Shown piece by piece: positions 60,909 to 64,000 of a DNA stretch of 64,000 bases. Origin of the DNA: Nitrosopumilus sp. (lineage in GTDB: Archaea > Thermoproteota > Nitrososphaeria > Nitrososphaerales > Nitrosopumilaceae); contig OZ252243.1 in assembly GCA_965249555.1 (NCBI GenBank), positions 1,056,001 through 1,120,000 of the forward strand. Reading direction: 5' to 3'. Position 1 is the first letter of the stretch. Every line of letters begins with the position of its first letter. The notes under the pieces were generated by a model. It had not been told where the DNA came from and ran no database searches. It saw nothing but the letters and a program-made list of their open reading frames with translations. The translations under genes were made by a program, and so were the position numbers.

Positions 60909-61547
60909 ATGTTAGTCGTGAAGGTAGCAATTTTTGGCTTTATTGCATTATTGTTTTCAATTGGTATGATTGTACCATCTTTTGCACATACTACGGTAGA
61001 AGTTGGGGAATACAAAATTGAAGTAGGCTGGGGAATTGAACCACCTGTTGTGGGAATTCGAAATGATATTGTCTTTAAAATTACTGAATCTGGAGAAAAT
61101 GAAGGAACATACACAGGAGTAACTAGTGTCTTCAAAAATTTGGAGGCTATAGCTATGTATGGCGGTGCTACCAAAAAAATTGATATTAATTCAGATCCAA
61201 GACCTGGTTACTATTTTTCCTCTATAATTCCCACTAAAACTGGAAGTTATGTTATTGAACTAAAAGGAGAAATCAGTGGAATTCTTGTTGATGTTCAAAT
61301 ACCAATTGAAGATGTAGAAAGTACGTCTGTTTTAGATTTTCCTCCTAAAAGCAGTGAAGGATCAACAGATCTTACTGCTCTAAAAAATGCAATTTCATCT
61401 ATACAACAAGATGTTTCAAAACTAAAATCTGGTGAAACTTCTGTATCATCTAATGATGGAGAAGCATATGACTTTGCAATATTTGGATTATCAATTGCAG
61501 CAGCAGCTATTATTTTAGCCATAATTGCTTTAGTAAAAAGAAAATAG
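60909..61547 (+). CDS. Secreted membrane-anchored protein; mature N-terminus His
   Basis: SFA/HTTVEVG...GWGIEPP, short coiled coil, C-terminal TM plus KRK. Confidence 0.75.
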   Translation: MLVVKVAIFGFIALLFSIGMIVPSFAHTTVEVGEYKIEVGWGIEPPVVGIRNDIVFKITESGENEGTYTGVTSVFKNLEAIAMYGGATKKIDINSDPRPGYYFSSIIPTKTGSYVIELKGEISGILVDVQIPIEDVESTSVLDFPPKSSEGSTDLTALKNAISSIQQDVSKLKSGETSVSSNDGEAYDFAIFGLSIAAAAIILAIIALVKRK

Positions 61548-61560
61548 AAAAGAGGAATTC

Positions 61561-62436
61561 CTAAAATCTTGGAACGACTCTAGATTTTGCAGTTACTGCT
61601 ATGATGCTTATGATTGCAACAGCTAGTATCATCATTGCAATTGTACCAAATTCTGGGACAACTTGCTTCTCTGCTACCATACCTTTTGGTTCAGTCCAAT
61701 CTTGATCATCTCCTGGAGGTCCAATACCTAAAGAAACTATTTTGATATCTATTGGGCTTTCATCAGATCCAACAGCATCTATCATGTGACTTGCACCAGT
61801 CATTTCCATGGCGTGTGCAGCTTCTTTCAAGATTTGTTCACCGTTTTGCATTGCAATAATTTCATAGTTGACGTGCATTGTGCTGAATTCAAGATTAACT
61901 TGAGTTACACCTTCTGCAGCTGAGTCGGTAATTGTTACCATTAACTCTACATCGTCTTTCATGTGTTCTTCTTCTACATCGTCTTTCATGTGTTCTTCTT
62001 CTACATCGTCTTTCATGTGTTCTTCTTCTACTATGAGCACACCTTGCATCCAAACATGAAGTATACAGTAGTAAGGAAATTCACCTGCAGTGTCTGCAAT
62101 GTATTCAAAAGAATCACCTGGATTTAGGAGACCAGAATCAAATGTACCATCTGCAGTAGCGGCAAAACCGTCTACCGTTCCTGATGTGTATGTATGTATT
62201 TGAGCTTCATCAGCGTTTGTCATTGTTACAACACCACCAACTTCAATTGTTGTCGTGTTTGGAGTGTAACAACCTACTTCAGTTTCTAAACAACCTGGAA
62301 CAGCTACAGCTAGATCATTATCTGCTGTTTCAATTGCGACTTCTGTGTGATCTGCAAAAGCAGCTGGGGTTGTTGCACCTATTCCAGCTACAATAGCAAA
62401 TAGTACAAAGAAAGAGCAAATTGCTTTAGTCTTCAT
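61561..62436 (-). CDS. Plastocyanin-like blue-copper protein with PEFG-CTERM
   Basis: Type-1 Cu ligands H(TYT)...YYCILHVWM, FDSG and VPEFG plus TM; start set to ATG 62436. Confidence 0.92.
   Translation of the reverse strand: MKTKAICSFFVLFAIVAGIGATTPAAFADHTEVAIETADNDLAVAVPGCLETEVGCYTPNTTTIEVGGVVTMTNADEAQIHTYTSGTVDGFAATADGTFDSGLLNPGDSFEYIADTAGEFPYYCILHVWMQGVLIVEEEHMKDDVEEEHMKDDVEEEHMKDDVELMVTITDSAAEGVTQVNLEFSTMHVNYEIIAMQNGEQILKEAAHAMEMTGASHMIDAVGSDESPIDIKIVSLGIGPPGDDQDWTEPKGMVAEKQVVPEFGTIAMMILAVAIISIIAVTAKSRVVPRF
61946..62031 (-). repeat. 27-bp perfect tandem repeat x3 (VEEEHMKDD)
   Basis: TCTACATCGTCTTTCATGTGTTCTTCT at 61946, 61973 and 62000. Confidence 0.95.
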
Positions 62437-62491
62437 AGGTTGATTACTTGTATTGATACATAAAAACCTCACTAGAACTCTGGAATTAGCA

Positions 62492-63304
62492 TTAATTTTT
62501 TCTAAATTGGTACAACTTTAGAATTCCAAATGCAGGAATTCCGGCATACATTCCAATATTTAGTAGAATTAGGGATATTCCGTATCCTAACACCTCTTGT
62601 TCTGAATCAATGTCAACATAATTCAGTAAAGACAATGATAATAACATTGGAATTAGTGTTATTTTCACAACTTCTTTGAAAATTGGTTGCTCTCTTTCCA
62701 AATCAGCAATCATTGGTGAAAATGAATAATAGAATTGATTAAATTCAGCCATAAATGCAGTTCCAGATTCTGTTGATAAAATAGTATTATCTCTAAGTTC
62801 TCTTAATTGTTGTACTTGTGGTGCCATCTCTGAACCAAATGTTGCAGTTGCAATAAGACAACCGCCATTTTCTCCGTTGTCAGGTGTTTCAATAGGTTGT
62901 GCATGAGCCTCACCTACTATAATAACAAAAGAAACTGTTTCTGGCGGAATTGGAGTAAATAAAATTCCTTCAACTTCAATATCTGTTGAATACACTCCTT
63001 CATCTGGAAACTCTATAGGAATATTTCCAAACCCTTCTGATGTATGCACAAATGGTTCAGGAGTAGTAAATATTATCTCTCCACTTTCATTTGAAATTTT
63101 AAGTGTATAATCAATATGTACTTGAGTCTTTTTTAATACGGGGTTGATAAATTCTATTAACACTTTATTTAATTCACCTGGAATAATTTCGTCATAAGAT
63201 ATTTTCACATCTAATGCTCCTGCATCTGTTGGTAAAGTTTGAGATTCAGCATATGCTGGAATTATTAAAAGCGGAATGAATAACAATGCAAATAGAAATT
63301 TCAT
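62492..63304 (-). CDS. Secreted protein with CFI-box-CTERM domain
   Basis: GGCLIATATFGSEMAPQVQQLRELRD...FNQFYYSFSP and C-terminal TMs. Confidence 0.85.
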   Translation of the reverse strand: MKFLFALLFIPLLIIPAYAESQTLPTDAGALDVKISYDEIIPGELNKVLIEFINPVLKKTQVHIDYTLKISNESGEIIFTTPEPFVHTSEGFGNIPIEFPDEGVYSTDIEVEGILFTPIPPETVSFVIIVGEAHAQPIETPDNGENGGCLIATATFGSEMAPQVQQLRELRDNTILSTESGTAFMAEFNQFYYSFSPMIADLEREQPIFKEVVKITLIPMLLSLSLLNYVDIDSEQEVLGYGISLILLNIGMYAGIPAFGILKLYQFRKN

Positions 63305-63413
63305 AATTCATGTTTGAGTATGACAAATAAAAATCGTCCTTTATTTTTCTAAAAAGAATTATCACGCATAGAAATTCTGTACCAGCTTTAAATATGGAAT
63401 TAACATAATTTTA

Positions 63414-64000
63414 TTGTTGTACCACAAGTTTGCATTATTCATTATGATTATTGGTATTTTTACAGTTCCAGCTATTCTTCCAGGTGCATTTGGACATGGA
63501 CTTGGAGGAGATCAAGCACCACCTCTAACGTTTGGTGACATGGAAGTAACTGTACGAACACAACTGAGTCCATCTGATATTACAATAGGAGACATTAGTT
63601 CTGCCAACATGCAAGTACGTTTCTTCGATACATTAACTGATAAGAATCTTGACAAAGTAACATACAGAGTAGAACTATGGCAAAGTGGCGAACTTTTAGC
63701 CAGAAATTTGTTTTATGACCCAGATGGAAGATTGGATGTTAAAATAAAACCAATATCTGGGTGTGATGAATTTAATCTTATAACCTGTACAGATTATTTT
63801 GGTTCTGAACATGTTAGTGCTCCCGGAGCTCTATACGTACAAGGACCAGCATGTACTGATGATAACTTAGATACTTGTGGAAGAGCAACAATTCAGGGTC
63901 CAATATTTGTAAAAGGTGGTTTATACAAAATTACCATTGACATTGAAGCTGCTACTAGTCCAAGAACTGTACTTCTAGAAAGACTAACTTATGATACTTT
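63414..64000 (+). CDS. Secreted surface protein, mature N-terminus HGLGGD (runs off window end); probable paralog of 53756
   Basis: Manual translation: [47 protein letters not shown]...LARNLFYD...[10 protein letters not shown]; shares RN-x-F and GP-x-F-x2-GLY motifs with 53756. Confidence 0.8.
   Translation, partial: MLYHKFALFIMIIGIFTVPAILPGAFGHGLGGDQAPPLTFGDMEVTVRTQLSPSDITIGDISSANMQVRFFDTLTDKNLDKVTYRVELWQSGELLARNLFYDPDGRLDVKIKPISGCDEFNLITCTDYFGSEHVSAPGALYVQGPACTDDNLDTCGRATIQGPIFVKGGLYKITIDIEAATSPRTVLLERLTYDT

Noticed and set aside
5250-62396. Numerous antisense or nested ORFs in the track (e.g. 5250-5780, 29777-30145, 39233-39550, 42594-42992, 58324-59340)
   Set aside because: They are shadow frames of well-supported genes, with no recognisable motifs.

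Overview
AT-rich archaeal chromosomal segment whose gene content and order point to a Nitrosopumilus-like ammonia-oxidising archaeon (Nitrososphaerota). The indicators are egsA, archaeal PoK/PPS CoA genes, aCPSF1, an A-type ATP synthase cluster split around an Amt gene, bluB, and PEFG-CTERM/CFI-box surface proteins. Most of the window is core housekeeping. Notable items read directly from the sequence: (1) a ~10 kb metal-handling neighbourhood (53.7-64 kb) in which four secreted proteins appear to start with His right after the signal peptide, together with a NikR-type regulator, a ZnuABC-type transporter, a CopC-CopD-beta-propeller fusion and a cupredoxin with a His/Met tandem repeat; (2) several uncalled micro-ORFs, including a 28-aa hydrophobic ORF behind atpI, a 43-aa ORF coupled to atpD, a 39-aa 8-Cys metallothionein-like ORF and three small Zn-binding proteins; (3) an intact single-ORF IS66 element with TIRs and an 8-bp target duplication; (4) tRNA-Arg(CCT) with a D-loop intron and tRNA-Val(GAC) with C33; (5) a surface protein with an identical 105-bp constant block followed by two diverged variable blocks; (6) a solo Cas4-like gene lacking the nuclease motif; (7) two genes whose conserved N-termini have no ATG/GTG/TTG start and one gene interrupted by a single TAG. 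No CRISPR array, rRNA or prophage was seen. All calls are from motif recognition without database searches.
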